From the human T2T-CHM13v2.0 reference genome, Homo sapiens, in NCBI RefSeq assembly GCF_009914755.1, contig NC_060934.1: a stretch of 64,000 nt of DNA. One strand, given 5' to 3'. The position numbers and the translations under genes are program-made. Below are positions 13,547 to 28,680 of the stretch, piece by piece. Each line of letters opens with the position of its first letter. The stretch's first letter is position 1. The notes under the pieces were generated by a model. It was not told where the DNA came from, did not search any database, and worked only from the letters and a program-made list of their open reading frames with translations.

Positions 13547-15604
13547 GATTTCAAACATACAAAGGTGCTTTTATATGCTTCTTATAAGATGTTACATGTT
13601 TGAAACAATTTAATATTCATAATTTACAAAACACTAATAACTTCTTTTATCTTTATCTTTCCTTTGAGGAAGGAGGGTAATTAAAGATGGTTATAGTTGA
13701 CAGCTATAGGGTAATTTTGTGTCTAACTGATGTAGAGCTATTTAAAAAAAAATTAGATGTGAGCATTACCAACATACATTAAGAAACAGTAGGAGAAAAA
13801 GCAGACAACATTCTGACCATTAGCACTTGGAACCACATAGCAATTATCTAAAATAAAACTGTCCTGAGCCTATTTTGTTGACTCTTCAACAGAACCAGGC
13901 ATACGACATTTATTAGGTTGGTGCAACAACAATTGTGATTTTTGCCATAATACTTTTAGATCTCTAATTTGGCAAGGGAAATGAGGTTTACAATGTAGTG
14001 TAAAAACTTTAGGAGAGGGAGAAAAATAAAACAAAAGATGCTCCCTCCATGTTCTCAGAATGCTTTGCAACTGTAAAAAACATTCTTTCCTTCAAAGATA
14101 TTCTCTCGTGTTTTGAAAGCTAGTGGCATTTCATGATTACTGGTCCTTCTTTTAATCTAAATAAATATTTTCAATTAACTTGTAATTTTTTGACATAAAA
14201 ATGAAAAAATTGATATATTTTTATATGACATGAAGAAACATTTTCAGGCTAGTTTCAACTAATATAGAAACCCAGGGTCTTCTTCACTATTTCTAATGTT
14301 CTTGTCAACATATCTATTTTAGAACTCAAGGAGGAAGTACTGTTTTAGAATTTCTTTTTCAGAGAGACTATTCTATGACTTTGAAATATTTAATATTTTA
14401 TTCAAGGATTTATTTTTAACTTTGGACAATCACATCCCTTGAAATATAATCAAAAGCAAAAGTCAGTATCAATAATTCTTTTTTCTTAGTATTTAACCTG
14501 AGAAACAGAATCAGTTACATTTCTGGGAAAGCATGGGCTGAAATTATAGTACATCCAAATGTCCCCTGACACCTTCCCAGGCAGTAAAAATTTAACAATT
14601 GACAGATTGGAAGTGCCTTGAAAACACTTCATCTACCTGAGCATAAATACTTCTTTATTCTTGTACATAAACCGGATGCCATTAACTTCAGTGGAAAAAT
14701 TACGTTACCATAGGACCAGTATAAAGTCAAGTAAATTAAGATGTTTTGACAAATGTAATATTAAGAAGTATATCTTATTTCAATATATTCAGCAAACACT
14801 TATTAGGCATTTAATATGCACCAGGAAGTGTGCTAAGTATGCTAAGTGTGGCAGACACTAAGATGACCACGTGCATCTTAGAGTTAAGGTGTAGCTTTGC
14901 AAATAATACTGTGGTAATGGGTTTCTCTGAGGATGCAGGCAGTGGCAACTCGCTAGAAAGGCTAGAAGTTGGGAGGGGCACAGTTAGAGTAACATTCTGG
15001 CAATGAGAGTATTGTTATTACCAACACTACCGGGGATTCTGCATCTTCTCTGAAGCACTAAATACAAGTATAGCTGCTTTTATTATTAGATGGAGAGGAG
15101 TCAGTGAAAAGAGATAGAGAACTCAAGTCTCAAAATGGTTCGGATTTAGGGTCTATATTGAGTCTCTGATTGGTCTGTGAATTGATGCAGAGCAAACTAA
15201 AAATGACAAGAGACCATCCACTGCAAAGTATCTTCCTTCAACATGTACCAAATACTCACGCTAGCTTTAAAGAGGGAAGAATTCAGTGGAAAGAAATAGG
15301 GGCCATTCTCAGCAAAACATTTTAGTCTATAAAGAAACGAAGCCATTGTGATCTTGTTGAAAAAATGAACTACATAAATCATTTTAAAATTAGAAAGCTG
15401 CATATAGACCAGATTGACAAATATGCCTTGATAGGTGTTTATATCTCAGCACATGTCCCACCACTATGACAGAGATTCTCTATATACTTACTATCAACAG
15501 GAACATGAGTTAACAAGCCAGTTGATATTAATTAGCATTATGGAGCTGGGAAAATGGGAAAGACTTTCCTGAAATGAGGTAAATAGAAACATGAAGGGTT
15601 TGGG

Positions 15605-15904
<300 letters not shown>

Positions 15905-18438
15905 GAAACCTGAAGGGTCTGTAATTCATCATATCCTAGCTAAACACCTCTAAGAAGATTCATGTGCAATCATCCTAAATTTTACAATAACTAATTATTC
16001 TTAAAGTTACAATTTCCAGTGCCCTTCCAGCTGAGAGAGTGAGATCTTCAGGAACAACTTTCTATCTGTACTGGCTGGAAAACTATGACTCAGAAGGGTG
16101 AACTTTTCTCAGGTCACAATTTCACTACTTGCTAGTCACACTTAAGATTACAGATCAGGCACTAGGGTGAAATTAAATTCACTCATCTGCCTTTCCAGCT
16201 GGTAATATCTTGCTCTGATCCTACCTAAATTACACTGAACACAATTCAAGTTTACATCCTTGAATGAAAGAGCTCTAAGAATCTTCTTTTAAACTGAATC
16301 CTTTATTCTGTGAGCACCCAGGCAGGGCACAGAGCAATAGGAACAAGGTCCCTTACAGTGCTGTCCTCTGAGGTGAAATCCAGTGATGCTTTCCTGCCTC
16401 TAAAACACGGGGGATAAGTGTGTACCAGATCAGATTTATTGAATGCAAGCAAGGTTGCCACAATAGTAAGTACTTGGTGGGAGGCAGATGGATAGATAAC
16501 GGTATCTATTTTCTCAGGGGCTACCGGACTGGGTAGTTAGAACTTGTTTTTGTGACAAATTCTCCTTTCTATTTTTAGGCTTGCCCCCATGGCTTTCTGA
16601 CATTTTAGCCCGCTCCTTCCCTTTCACCCACACACCCAATCACTACTTCATCATTTCAGCAGGAGAGAAGGGACATTTTGATGAAGAGAACACAAAACAG
16701 TTTACATATTTCAGGTATATACTATAATTTCTCCCATTTAGTCTGCCAGAAATTCAGTCTGCCCAACTGACACCCTTCCCCCAACCCATTCCATTCAGGA
16801 CAACTGCAGAAGAAAATGTCAGGCTTTTCTGTTCTCTGGTTCTCCATGTCTTTCCTTCACATAATACAGGAGGAATGTAAATCCAAGTCAAAACTGAGTG
16901 GGAGGTACAAAGGAATCTGTATCTTTGTCGAAAATAAGACAGCCCTTCGGAACAGGGAGGCAAAGTGGCACAGAAACCAAGTTGCACACCAAACTTTGCC
17001 TATGTAGATTATTTCCTATATTTGGTACTTTCATCAGAGGAATTTGTATGTTTTTCTCCTGGCCCTCCCCTGTGACCCTCTATGCCCTCTAAAGATGGGG
17101 CCTGAACTTCCTATGTATCCTTTTCTCCTCCCATTGAACGAAATAGGACATGTAAGTGTTTGACAAATGATGAAAAATGACTGACAAATCATTTTGCTGT
17201 TCTGTTGATTGACTATATCACCAGAGAGAGAAATAAGGTAATTTCCAATCCATATGCCAACTGAAATCTGTATATCCGGGCACCTCTTCAAGCTTCTCTT
17301 TTCTGCGTGTCTTGGTAACCCTCATTTCCCTTTGCAAAGATTCCTCCTCTTTACAAATGTTCCTTTTTCTCCATGTGATAATCAGGCAACAGATGCAATG
17401 CATCTCTACTTTTTATTCCTTACAACTCCTTAAATAGCCTGCGCTTTTTAAATGGCAGAAGACCCCTGCCATTTAAAGCAATGGTTCTAGCATTCTTTAC
17501 ATACTGATAATTGCTTCTTACTGGAATGATGCAAAATCAGTTCAGTAAGACCTATATTCAATTTACCTCTCCAGTAAGACAGTCATTTAGGGGTCGGCCT
17601 TCCTTTCTTCCCTTTTCCTATTTAGAAAGTTTGTTTCTTTTAAGGTACATACATGGTTTCCAGGTTCAATGGTAATCAAGAAAAAGAAGTCTAGGTCTCC
17701 TGCCTATGGCTGGGCTGTCTTAGGGTCAAAGTACAGAATACAAACTAGACCTTTTGTTTCATAAGGGCAGGGGAAGTGTTGTGGTGTCTTGCTCTGTCAC
17801 CTGCTATGTCTGGCCCACAGTAGACACTCGACGATCATCTATTGGTTGAGTAAATAAATGCAAGGAATAAAAAATGAAGTAGTAAATCAAAGCACTACAG
17901 AAATTAAGCTGAGGTTACCAGGCCAGTTTTAGGATCATGGAATCAGAATTTTTAGAAGAAGGAAGCACAGGATTGCAGGAGTTGCAGTTACAAGAAAACT
18001 ACTTAAAACCCTTCGATAGATGGATGTTTGTCGTGAGACCATCTTTTGATTAGATTGCTTCTTGCACAAGAAATATTGAATAAGAAAACCCGTGGCTAGA
18101 ACTTTAATACTAACTGGAGCTCTGAGATATACTAGCAGTGGCTAGAATTTATTTCTGCCCTACTTTATGCCAGCACAGTTTACAAACATTATCTTGATCT
18201 TTGCAACAACCCTACAAGGTGGCCATTAATTTTCTTTATTTTCAGATAGAGAAAGGACAATCAGTAAAGTTAAATAGCCTACCTAAGTCAGCTAGCTAAG
18301 TTTAGAATTTGGATTCAAATCAAATTCTAAGTCTTGGTTTTTTCCCCTACCCACAATGCATCACTCCAAAGAAGCAACATGACATAAACACCTAGATTAG
18401 ACATATTTGTGGGTTTTTATAATTTTTTAATTAAAAAA

Positions 18439-18731
18439 TGTTGTTTTGTTTTGTTTTAGAGACAGGGTCTCACTCTGTTGCTGAGGTGTGATCAAAGCCT
18501 ACTGTAGCCTTGAACTCCTGGGCTCAAGCGATCCTCCTGCCTCAGCCTGTTGTACAGCCAAGACTATAAGTGCATGCCACCACTACCAGTTAATTTTGTT
18601 CTCTTTTATTGGTAGAGATGGAGGTTTTGCTGTGCTGCCCAGGCTGGTCCCAAACTCCTGGACTCACGTGATCCTCCTGCCTTGGCCTCTAAAAATGCTG
18701 GGATTATAGTTGTAAGCCAGTGGGCCCAGCC
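18439..18731 (-). mobile_element. AluJ element with internal deletion, in the tail of an L1MB fragment
   Basis: gagacagggtctcactctg...ctcctgggctcaagcgatcc (J-type). Confidence 0.9.
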
Positions 18732-19353
18732 TTTAAAAATTTTTAATTGTGGTAAAATACATACAACATAAAATTTACCCTCACAATCCAAAAGCAGACA
18801 CTTCAATAATGTTAACCACATTCACACTGTTGTGTAACAGATCTCTAGAACTTTTTCATCTTGCAGAACTAAAACTCTATACCCATCAAATAACTATTTC
18901 CTCTACCCCCAGTCCCTGCCAACTACCATACTACTTTCTGTTTCCATGATTTTCACTATTCTAGATGTCTCAGATAAGTGGAATCATACAGTATTTGTCC
19001 TTTTGTGACTGGTATATTTCACCTCAGCATAATGTCCTCAAGGTTCATCAATGCTGTAGCATGCAACAAGATTTCCTTCTAAGGGCCGAATAATATTCCA
19101 TTGTATTTTAAAATTTTTAAATTCATTCATCTGTCCATGAACATTTGGGCTGCTTTTACCTCTTGCCTATTGCTGCTATGAACATGGTTATGCAAATATT
19201 TTGAGATCCTGCTTTCAATTATTTTGGACATATACCCAGAAGTGAGATTGCTGGATCATATGTTAGCTCTATTTTTAATTTTTTTTGAGGAAGCTCCACA
19301 CTGTTTTCCATAGCAGTCACATCATTTTACATTTCTACCAGCAGTGCACAAGA
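18732..19353 (-). mobile_element. L1MB-type 3' end fragment
   Basis: ttttaattgtggtaaaatacatacaacataaaatttacc...tatacccagaagtgagattgctggatcatat. Confidence 0.85.
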
Positions 19354-19682
19354 GTAGACAGATTTGTTTCTAAATAGAATAACTTGCAGTTTTAGTATCA
19401 AACTGACCGAACAGCTTAGCTTACAGTGTCTTGAAAATTAAATGCAACAAGAACTCTAGAACTTTTAAAGCCAGGTACCATTTAACTGTGAATTAAGTAT
19501 TTATAAATATAGATGGATGGCCATACCATTTTAAAAAGAATAAAAGTAGCAGTCATTTTCCAAGAGACTATAACAAATAGAACAGAAAACAAAGCTCATG
19601 TTGTATCAGTGCAAAGGTATCAGGAAAAGTATTCCTACTTCCTGAATACAAGTAGAAGCAGGTACATAAGTTGCACACTTAC

Positions 19683-19781
19683 CCTGGTTTTGGCATCGAT
19701 TTTAGCTCCTCGATCGAGCAATAGTTTTACCATATTTGCATTTCCTCTTTTTGATGCAACATGTAAAGGAGTGATGTCATT
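19683..19781 (-). CDS. ANK3: ANK3 coding exon (exon 8), 99 nt, [33 protein letters not shown]
   Basis: Acceptor tttttcctcttcttcccag, donor AGG|GTAAGT (acttac 19677-82). Hand translation; not in the ORF track on the correct strand. Confidence 0.97.
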
Positions 19782-20546
19782 CTGGGAAGAAGAGGAAAAA
19801 GTACAGATTTGATATTTTTGGTTTCAACAAAACGTTCCTTTCTAAACTTCCCCCAACATATCCCCATTTCCCCCTCTCCTTTTCTAAACATCCTTTATGA
19901 ACAGTGTGCTTCCTAATACTTCTGACAGGAATTTTCTTCAGAAGGAGACTTTAAAAAGGAATGAATTGTAAGGGAATCTGTGAGGCAGGGTCCAAGTTAA
20001 TTTATTTCAATCACTTGAGGTGACTGATGGATGAAGTGATAATTTGTTTTTTTGCTCAAAAGTCCTGCATTTTTAAGTCAATGTATTTTTCTATAATTTG
20101 AGTGATACATACTGGCTAGTGAGTGGTTGACTAACAAGTAGCTGATTAAGTCAGTACAGACTCAGTTTAAAAGAGTGTCATGTGACTTGGAGCCTTTCCC
20201 AGGTTCCAGTGGGAGCATCAGGTTGTCAAGGAGAGACAATAGGAACTCAAACTGGAAAATCTGTTACTTCTATACATAGTCACATAACATCCCATGCCCG
20301 TGGTGCTTAAATGTGTTTACAGGCATTTGTTAGCAGTCTCATGAAAACTGTAATGCTTATTTGACAAATATTTGAAGAATAACCAGATTGTTAGGATTAT
20401 CTGAAATTCTAATTGTGTTCTCCTTGATTTCAGTGGTAGGCTACCATAGTTATTCTTCTCTCCAAGCATCTTACAGGCGCTATGATTATTTCCAGACTGT
20501 CAAGGAAATGTACGCATACATCAAAAACAATTCCCTGATTTCTTGT

Positions 20547-20693
20547 TTTTTTTTTTGTTTTTTTTTTTTCTTTTTAAGTGACAGAGTCTCGTTATATTGC
20601 TTAGGCTGGTCTCAAATTCCCGAGCTCCAACGATCCTCTCGCCTCAGCCTCCCAAGTAGCTGGAACTACAGGTGTGCACCACCATGCCTGGCT
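20547..20693 (-). mobile_element. FLAM (Alu monomer)
   Basis: Single Alu monomer after poly-T. Confidence 0.85.
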
Positions 20694-21004
20694 TCTTATT
20701 CTTGTGTAGCAGCAATATGAGTTTAAGTTCTGCTGTTCACAAAGAATCAATTACATCATAAATGAACTAGGCTCACAGGGATTATGTATTTATAATTCGA
20801 TAACAGAAACAATATAGTAGCTATCAAGTATTGATCACTTCCTGCATGTCAGGGACTATGCTAAACTCTTTACTACTTCATTTAATTCTCACAATCCTCA
20901 TATCATCATACATAATCTGAATTACAATCCCCATTTTACACATGCAGAAACAGTTGGCAGAACCAGGATTCAACTCTTCAACACTTAAACTCTTGAATGC
21001 ATGA

Positions 21005-21600
21005 TTTTAAAAAACACAATAATGAAAAGTTCCAACATACACAAAGTTTGGGCAAAAAAACATAATGAACTTCAAGTGCTCCTTACCCTGGTTCAGTAAA
21101 CATCAACCTTTAGCCAATATTATTTCTTTTATGCTCCCTACTGTTTTTTTTTCTTTCTGAAGGAGTTTAAGAAGAGGAGAAAGAAAATTCTTGGCATCAT
21201 GTTATTTTACCCATAAATACTGCAATTTAATTATCTCTAACAGATGAGGACATCTCAAAAAATCACGATACCATTATCATAATGAAGAAAGTAAAAATAA
21301 TTCCTTTATAGCACCCAAGACCCCCTCCATGTTCAAATTCTCCCATTATCTCCAACTATCTCCATTAGTTTGCTCAAGTTGGAGGGTCGACATATTGCAT
21401 TAGGTTGAGTCCTTTAAGTCTTTCTTAATCTCCACAGCTCCTCTATCCCACCTTTTTCCCCCCGTGTTCATTTATTTATTGAAGAAACTGGGTAATTTAT
21501 TGTGTAGACTCTTCCACACCTGGATTTGACTGATTGAGTCCTCATGGGGAGTTGTTTAACATGTCCTTTTCTCCCTGTATTTTATGTAAACTTTTCTAGT
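21005..21600 (-). mobile_element. Ancient L1ME/MC 3' fragment
   Basis: aaagttccaacatacacaaag...ttattgaagaaactgggtaattt...ctggatttgactgattg. Confidence 0.5.
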
Positions 21601-21796
21601 TAAATGCTTTTAATGGTTGTATGGTTAGGGTTAGGTTTACAACCTTTCCACAGATGGAAAGGTTGCACATTCTCTTTGCTCACTATTCTTAGATGCTAAA
21701 ATATAAATCTTAAATGAAAGAAGAAAGAGACCTGAGGAAAACAAATTTCTCTTAGTAATGCTGGTGGAAAGTAAACAGACCAATATTGCTGTTACC

Positions 21797-22023
21797 CAGG
21801 GTATAGGCAAACTTTGTCCGCAAAGGGCCACATGGCAAATATATTCTGCTTTGCAGGCCATACAGTCTCTTGCATCTACTGAACTCTGCCATTGCAGCAC
21901 AAAGGCAGCCATAGGCACATGCAATATGTAAAGAAATGGGAGCGGTTGTGTTTCTAAAACTTTATTTATAAAAACAGGCAGTGCGCTGGATTTGGCCTGT
22001 GGGCAGTGGTTTGCTGACCCCTG
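21797..22023 (+). mobile_element. MER58A (hAT-Charlie DNA transposon MITE)
   Basis: Terminal inverted repeats caggg..ggcaaact / tttgctgacccctg; internal aaaactttatttataaaaacaggc. Confidence 0.85.
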
Positions 22024-22567
22024 CTCCAGACCTACCAGCTTGCAGCTGCACAGCTTTCGACTGTGTATAACAGGTTACAAAAGAGGAAGTGAAACTATAG
22101 GCTGTGCCTTTGGGCACGCTGTGGTCTTTTTTGGTGTGGAGGACTATTTGGTTTGAGTGAAAGCTGGCAGAAGGAAATAAATTTCATGACGACTTTCAGA
22201 TCTGCTTATGTCTGTTTTCTGAGTACAAGTGTGTATTGCTCTAGTGACCCAAGCGGCACAGTGGATGAATTCTAGAGCTGAGACAGCAGATGGAGGGTCA
22301 GGTTGGGAATAAAGGAAACACCGACCAATAGGAGAGCTCACTGAGCCCCAAGTGGGACGTGACACGAAGACCTCATCACTTCCCAGTGTGAGTAAGGGCT
22401 GGCATGCCATTTCCCTTTAAAACTATGCCCTCACTGGTTGAGAAAGACTTAATTAACCTTTATCACAAACAGGCTAAGTTTAGTAAGAGGAAGAAGTCTG
22501 TTTCTAATTTCACTCTCTTCCATATTCATGCACTCTCTCATACTGTGGATGTGTAGATGACAAAAAG

Positions 22568-22713
22568 GTGCCTTGAGTTTCTTTTTTTTCTCTTTTTTTT
22601 AAATTTAATTTAATTTTATTATTATTATACTTTAAGTTTTAGGGTACATGTGCACAATGTGCAGGTTAGTTACATAGGTATACATGTGCCATGCTGGTGT
22701 GCCTTGAGTTTCT
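22568..22713 (-). mobile_element. Extremely 5'-truncated young L1PA (L1PA2/3-like) 3' end with perfect 15-bp TSD
   Basis: TSD gtgccttgagtttct at 22568-82 and 22699-713; body tatactttaagttttagggtacatgtgcacaatgtgcaggttagttaca. Confidence 0.95.
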
Positions 22714-23439
22714 AATTCTCACATTTTCTCCACCTCTCTGGCCCTTCCTAGAGAAATACTTTATATTCTACAGCACTTAAACAGCGTTGTAAAGGACCTG
22801 AACTTCTGTAATTTCATTTTACCCTCACAGCAATCCACTGAAATAGGATAAATATCATTAACCCTATTGGATAAAGAAAGTGAGGCACAGAACTGGTAAT
22901 TTGCAGATTAAGAAACAGCTAATCAGAGGCAGAATCAGGATCAGAATTTGGGCTCTAGACCCTCAGGCTGTGGTATTTTCAGGCAGGATTCAGAAGACGT
23001 TTGTTTAAAAACCCTAGCTTCTCATCTCTGTCAAATGCAGCTTCCAATAAAATGCAATCACTTTTTACTCCTGAATCATATCGTAGATGCCTCTGTGAAG
23101 TAGAAACAAATCAAAATGACAGTGGTACCTCAGGGCCACTCAACGGACTACTCATATTTTGATTCCTCAGCTAACCAATAAAAATGTATCGTGCCCTACT
23201 ATGAGTAACGCTGTGAGCTGCACTTCCACTGTCTAAGCAAGCAACAGAGTTAAGAAATCCCAACATATCAAAGAAACTCAGTGATGTTAGAGCTAGAAAG
23301 CCTGCCTAAGAGAACCCTCATTTACTGCTGGTGAAATGTAAATTTGTACATGCTTGCTAGAATGCAATTTGGCAGTCTGTACAAAGAGCCTTCAAATCCG
23401 TCACCATACATACAGGGCAGAGTTTGGCTGCTGTGGTGG

Positions 23440-24900
23440 AAAGGGCAGGAATGTGGAGAAAGACACAGCCTTGAACCCAGACACACACCCTAAAGACTGA
23501 GTCTGAGCTTACATGAAAGACCCCCAACCCCTAGCACTAGCCTAGCACAGAGTAACAAGCAAGAGTAGTCAACTGCTGAGGTAAGGCAGGAGTGTGGGGA
23601 GACCTCCTCTGTGCTGCAGGTGTGCAGAGAAAGCTCAGGGTGGAGCACTAACACTAAGCAAAATTCTCTGATGCCCCAGACTCCACCCCAAGCAGAAAGC
23701 AATGGCAGCCTTCCACTGAGGAATCTGAAGCCTGAAACAAAATGTAAACTCAGCTCAACTCCTGCCAAAACAGGCTCCACCTCTCACATTTGCAGCACAG
23801 AAGAAAAAGTATGAGTATGCTCATTTCCAGGTAAAAATATTATTTAACTCAATCTCTCCCCTCCTACACACAATATCCAGTGTTCTATCTAGTAGGAACA
23901 ACATGCATGAAAAATAGGGAAGTGCAGCAAAGGCATGGGATTCTTAGCAAAGAGTCAAATGGAAACATTTGATAAGAAAAATTGCAATATCAGAGTAAAT
24001 TGCTTTGTGGGCTCCTCAATAGACTTCACACAGTTGAGGCAGGATCCATTGAACTTACAGATATGTCACTTTAAGTTATTTAAAATAAAAACATTAAGGA
24101 GAAAAAAGAGTGGAAAAGAAAGAACAGAGCCTCCAAGAGCTGTGGGATGATACAAAACAGCTAATGAGAGCTGCATAAGGAGAAGAGATAGAATGGGACA
24201 GAAGACATACTTGAAGAGATAATGAATGGTCAAGAATTTTCTTGGAGTGATGAAAGGCAGAAAAATACAAATCCAGAAAGCTCAGGAGATGCCAAGCAAG
24301 ATAAACAATAAACAAACTCCAACTAGACACAATAGTCAAATTGCTGAAAATGAAATATAAAGGAACAATCTCGATGGTAGCCCAAGGAAAAAAGACACAT
24401 CTCATACAGAGAACAAAGATAATAGGTAGAGTGGCCTCCTCATCAGAAATTATGCAATCCAGAAAAAAAGAAGTGACATCTTTAAATACTGACTGTCAAA
24501 TAAGAATTCTACACCAAATGAAAATACCTTCAAGGAGTAATAAAGACTTTTTAAGATAAACAAAAGCTAAGAGAATTCATCATCAGCAGACCTGCAATAC
24601 ATAAAATGTTCAGTTCTTCAGATAGTAGGAATATGACAGTAAACAGAAACTTAGGCCTGCACCAAGAAATGAAGGGCTCTGGAAATGGCAAAAAATGAAG
24701 GTAAGTAAAAGAGATAACGGATGGTCCAAAGTAAAGACAAAAACAACAAATTGTGGGGTTTATAATATATGCAAAAGTAAAACGTATGACAACAACCACA
24801 CATAGATGAAAAGGAGAAACTGGAACTATACTGTTGTCAGGCTCATACCATATTTGAAGGTATACTGTGATAAGTTAATGACATGGAAAACATGGATGTA
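23440..24900 (+). mobile_element. Ancient L1M 5'/ORF1-region relic
   Basis: A-rich strand with cagagcctcca..gagctgtgggat, agaattctacacc, agaattcatcatcagcagacctgc motifs. Confidence 0.65.
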
Positions 24901-24982
24901 TTATTAAAGATATCAAACTATGAAAAATAAGATAAATTTTTATACATAAATATATATGCATTCTAAAATATATTGATCCAAA

Positions 24983-25260
24983 TATATATGTATGTGTGAA
25001 TATATACACATATATATACACATATATATACACATATATATACATATATATACACATATATACATATATACATATATACACTATATATACACACACATAT
25101 ATACATATATATACACACATATATATACACACATATATATACATATATATACACATATATATACATATATACACATATATATACACACACACATATATAT
25201 ACACATATATATATACACACATATATATACACACATATATATACATATACACATATATAT

Positions 25261-25291
<31 letters not shown>
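24983..25291. repeat. Complex (TA)n/(CA)n microsatellite, ~300 bp, abutting an Alu tail
   Basis: Near-continuous purine/pyrimidine alternation (tatatacaca...). Confidence 0.97.
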
Positions 25292-25877
<586 letters not shown>

Positions 25878-27739
25878 TGAGATATTAATCCAAACGTTAA
25901 CAATTTCTTTCAGTAATGAGATTATAGATGACTTTTTGCTTCTTCATGCTTTTCTAAAAAATTTCTACATGTACATTTGTACAGTGGAAAGATGGTTGTA
26001 TTTTAATATTGCCTATTTGCAGCCCACTACCACCATCTGTTTCAACTCTCATCCCTTGCTTTCTATACTCTGAATGCCCCAGAGAGGTTTAACTTAGCCA
26101 TTAACTTCCCTAATATGTAAACTTTGAAGGAACCTGAGAATATCCTGCACCTAAAAATATGATGATTTTTTTTCCCATTAAGGTAGAATATTAAGTATGG
26201 CTAGAATTAAAGATCTATATGCACTTTGTGAGAAGAAGCATGAATTAACATTTAGATAAAAACAAATTCAACCTGGAGTTTTGAATTTGACCTGATTTAG
26301 TTCAAACAAAAAAGTAAATACGATTGTAATTTTATATATATTAGTTTCTTAATACAATGTTTGTTCTTGTACCAAATAAATTTTTTCCTGTTCATTCAAA
26401 ATGTTATAGAATACATTAGCATTTGGGAAGTTTCTGAAAGACCTCTGAGTTCATTCAGTCTAATCACCTATATTACAGGTAAGGAAGAGACCAGGGAGGA
26501 GGCTAAGTGATTTACATGGAGTCACAGAGCTTGGTGCTTGGCCAAGACCCCAGGTTTCCCAACTCCCAGGTACTACCCCTTCTATTTCACTAAACTCTTT
26601 GGGTTTATTTATAAACCACTATTTTCATCACCGGCACAATAGCATCTTATTTAACTTAACTTTCCCATCAAACTACTCAAGGTAATATTTATTCACTCTA
26701 AAAAACTTAAGTATACATATGATTAACCAATACTTTTTTTTCTCTAGTATTTACTTCTCCTTAATCCTTTTTGAAAAATGGTGGATAAAGACAAAAAGGG
26801 AATCACATGTATACGCAGATGCATTTTATAAACAACAAAGGGAATCGGCTATACATACATTTATATAAAGCATTAATGAGACCTGGATAAATATTCAGAA
26901 ATTTGACTGAGCAAAATTACAGTACACAGCAAGTTTAATTCTCTCAAATTTCTAGGCCAATAAATTAATTAAGTACTTAAGAAAACAACATGGATCACTG
27001 CTATATCCTCTAATGTGTGGATTTTTGTTCTTATGTATAATACCATTTCTAGCCCTTTTTTCTTTTGTAGTTTATTCACTTTCTTCCATGAGGATCTCCT
27101 TCCACCTCGATTTTCAGACAAGGTTTTTAGTCTCTAACCTACTCCTGGAAGGCCCCTACAACTGAAGTTAGAGGATAAAATTCCAATTTAGAAAAGATTT
27201 TGCCTTCTACTTTTAGGAAAAAGAGAAGCAAATCACCCAGAACAAACTAAGATCACTTATGATTTGTAAAAATTCAATATATTCCTTTACAACTTCATCA
27301 CACCGCTCTACAGTAATATATGGTATTATATGTTACATTATATCATATGATATACTTTAGAATAACTCTTAAAAGGTCATCTAACTCCAAAAATAAAGAT
27401 GACTTTTTACAGTACTTCCTAAACTATAAAACTGGCTTAGAAATGTACAGAAAAATTTTAATAATGAATTGGGTAGGGGGAGAAATTCTATCCTGGTTAT
27501 AACTTTATTTCAGTCCTGTCCTTAGCATATGTCTAGTGGGAAGCACATTTCATCAGGAATGAGAAGACAAGGCCCCACTCTCACTCTTCTACACCCACTT
27601 TCATGAGAGCTGATACTGAGAATGTGCCTTATCCTTAATGAACTTATCTCCTCATCTGTGCGGTGGATACAATACCTCCACTGCCTCCATCACAGGGGTG
27701 TCAAGAGGAGACATGAGATAATTTGTATTAAAAGAAGGA

Positions 27740-27970
27740 CATTCACAGGTATTTCATATCTTTTGTCTCATTTAATATACACAACAACCCTAGAAAGAAG
27801 TACTATCGAATGTTTTTCTTTATTTTACAGATGAGGAAATCTGTGAAAATCTGAAAAATTTGATTTTTTGAAGACCCTAAAAATGAAAATACCTTGCCAA
27901 AGGTCACAAAGCTCCCATCAGTTGTCTAACCCCAAGTTCATATTTTTTTCGCTAGACCAGGTCATGCTGT
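27740..27970 (-). mobile_element. MIR SINE
   Basis: tcatttaat...acaacc...ttttacagatgaggaaa...cttgccaaaggtcaca. Confidence 0.65.
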
Positions 27971-28074
27971 CACCGTACTTACTTTGTAGTGTACTAATAT
28001 ATACTTATGTCTTACTATTTTTGCATTTTTGGAGCACCTAAGAGTGTGTTAAGAGAGAAACATTGCATTGTGGC

Positions 28075-28680
28075 AGGACAGGACAGTGGTTAAGGGCTAG
28101 ATTGCTTAGGTTCAAATTCCAGGCCTGCCCCATACTAGCTAATTAACCTTAGGTAAGTTTACTTAAATTCTCTGTATTGCAGATCTCTTATCTGTAAAAT
28201 TAGGCTAATAATAGTACTTACTCATATCATAGTTGCTATGGTTTGAATATGCCCCCCTAATTTTATATGTTAGAAACTTAATCTCCAAATTCATATGTTG
28301 ATGGAATTTGAAGGTAGGGTCCTTGGCAGGGATTAATGATTAGATAAGATCATCAGGGTATGGCCTCCACAATGGGATTGGTGGCTTTATAAGAAGAGGA
28401 GAAAGACCTGAACTGGACATGCATACTCTTGTTCTCACCATATGATGTCCTCCGCCATCTTGACAAGGCCCTCACCAGATGCAGCCCCTCAACCTTGGAC
28501 TTCCCAGCCTCCTGAACTATAAGAAATTTTTTTCTTTATAAATTACAAGTCTGTGGTATTCTGTTATAGCAACAAAAAATGGACTAAGACAATAGACTGT
28601 CATGAGGATAAATGAGTTAATAAGTGTAGAGTCTTAAGAATGGTGCTTGGCATTTAGTAAACATTATAACAATTAGATGT
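28075..28680 (+). mobile_element. MIR split by an MST LTR insertion
   Basis: ggttcaaattccagg...atctgtaaaat...aatagtactta before the LTR; gtcatgaggataaatgagttaat...tgcttggca after it. Confidence 0.75.
28234..28591 (+). mobile_element. MaLR solo LTR (MSTC/MSTD-like)
   Basis: tgctatggtttgaat ... gttatagcaacaaaaaatggactaagaca; near-TSD atagt/ataga. Confidence 0.85.

Noticed and set aside
19513-19812. 99-aa plus-strand ORF antisense to exon 8
   Set aside because: Antisense shadow of coding sequence; no independent support.
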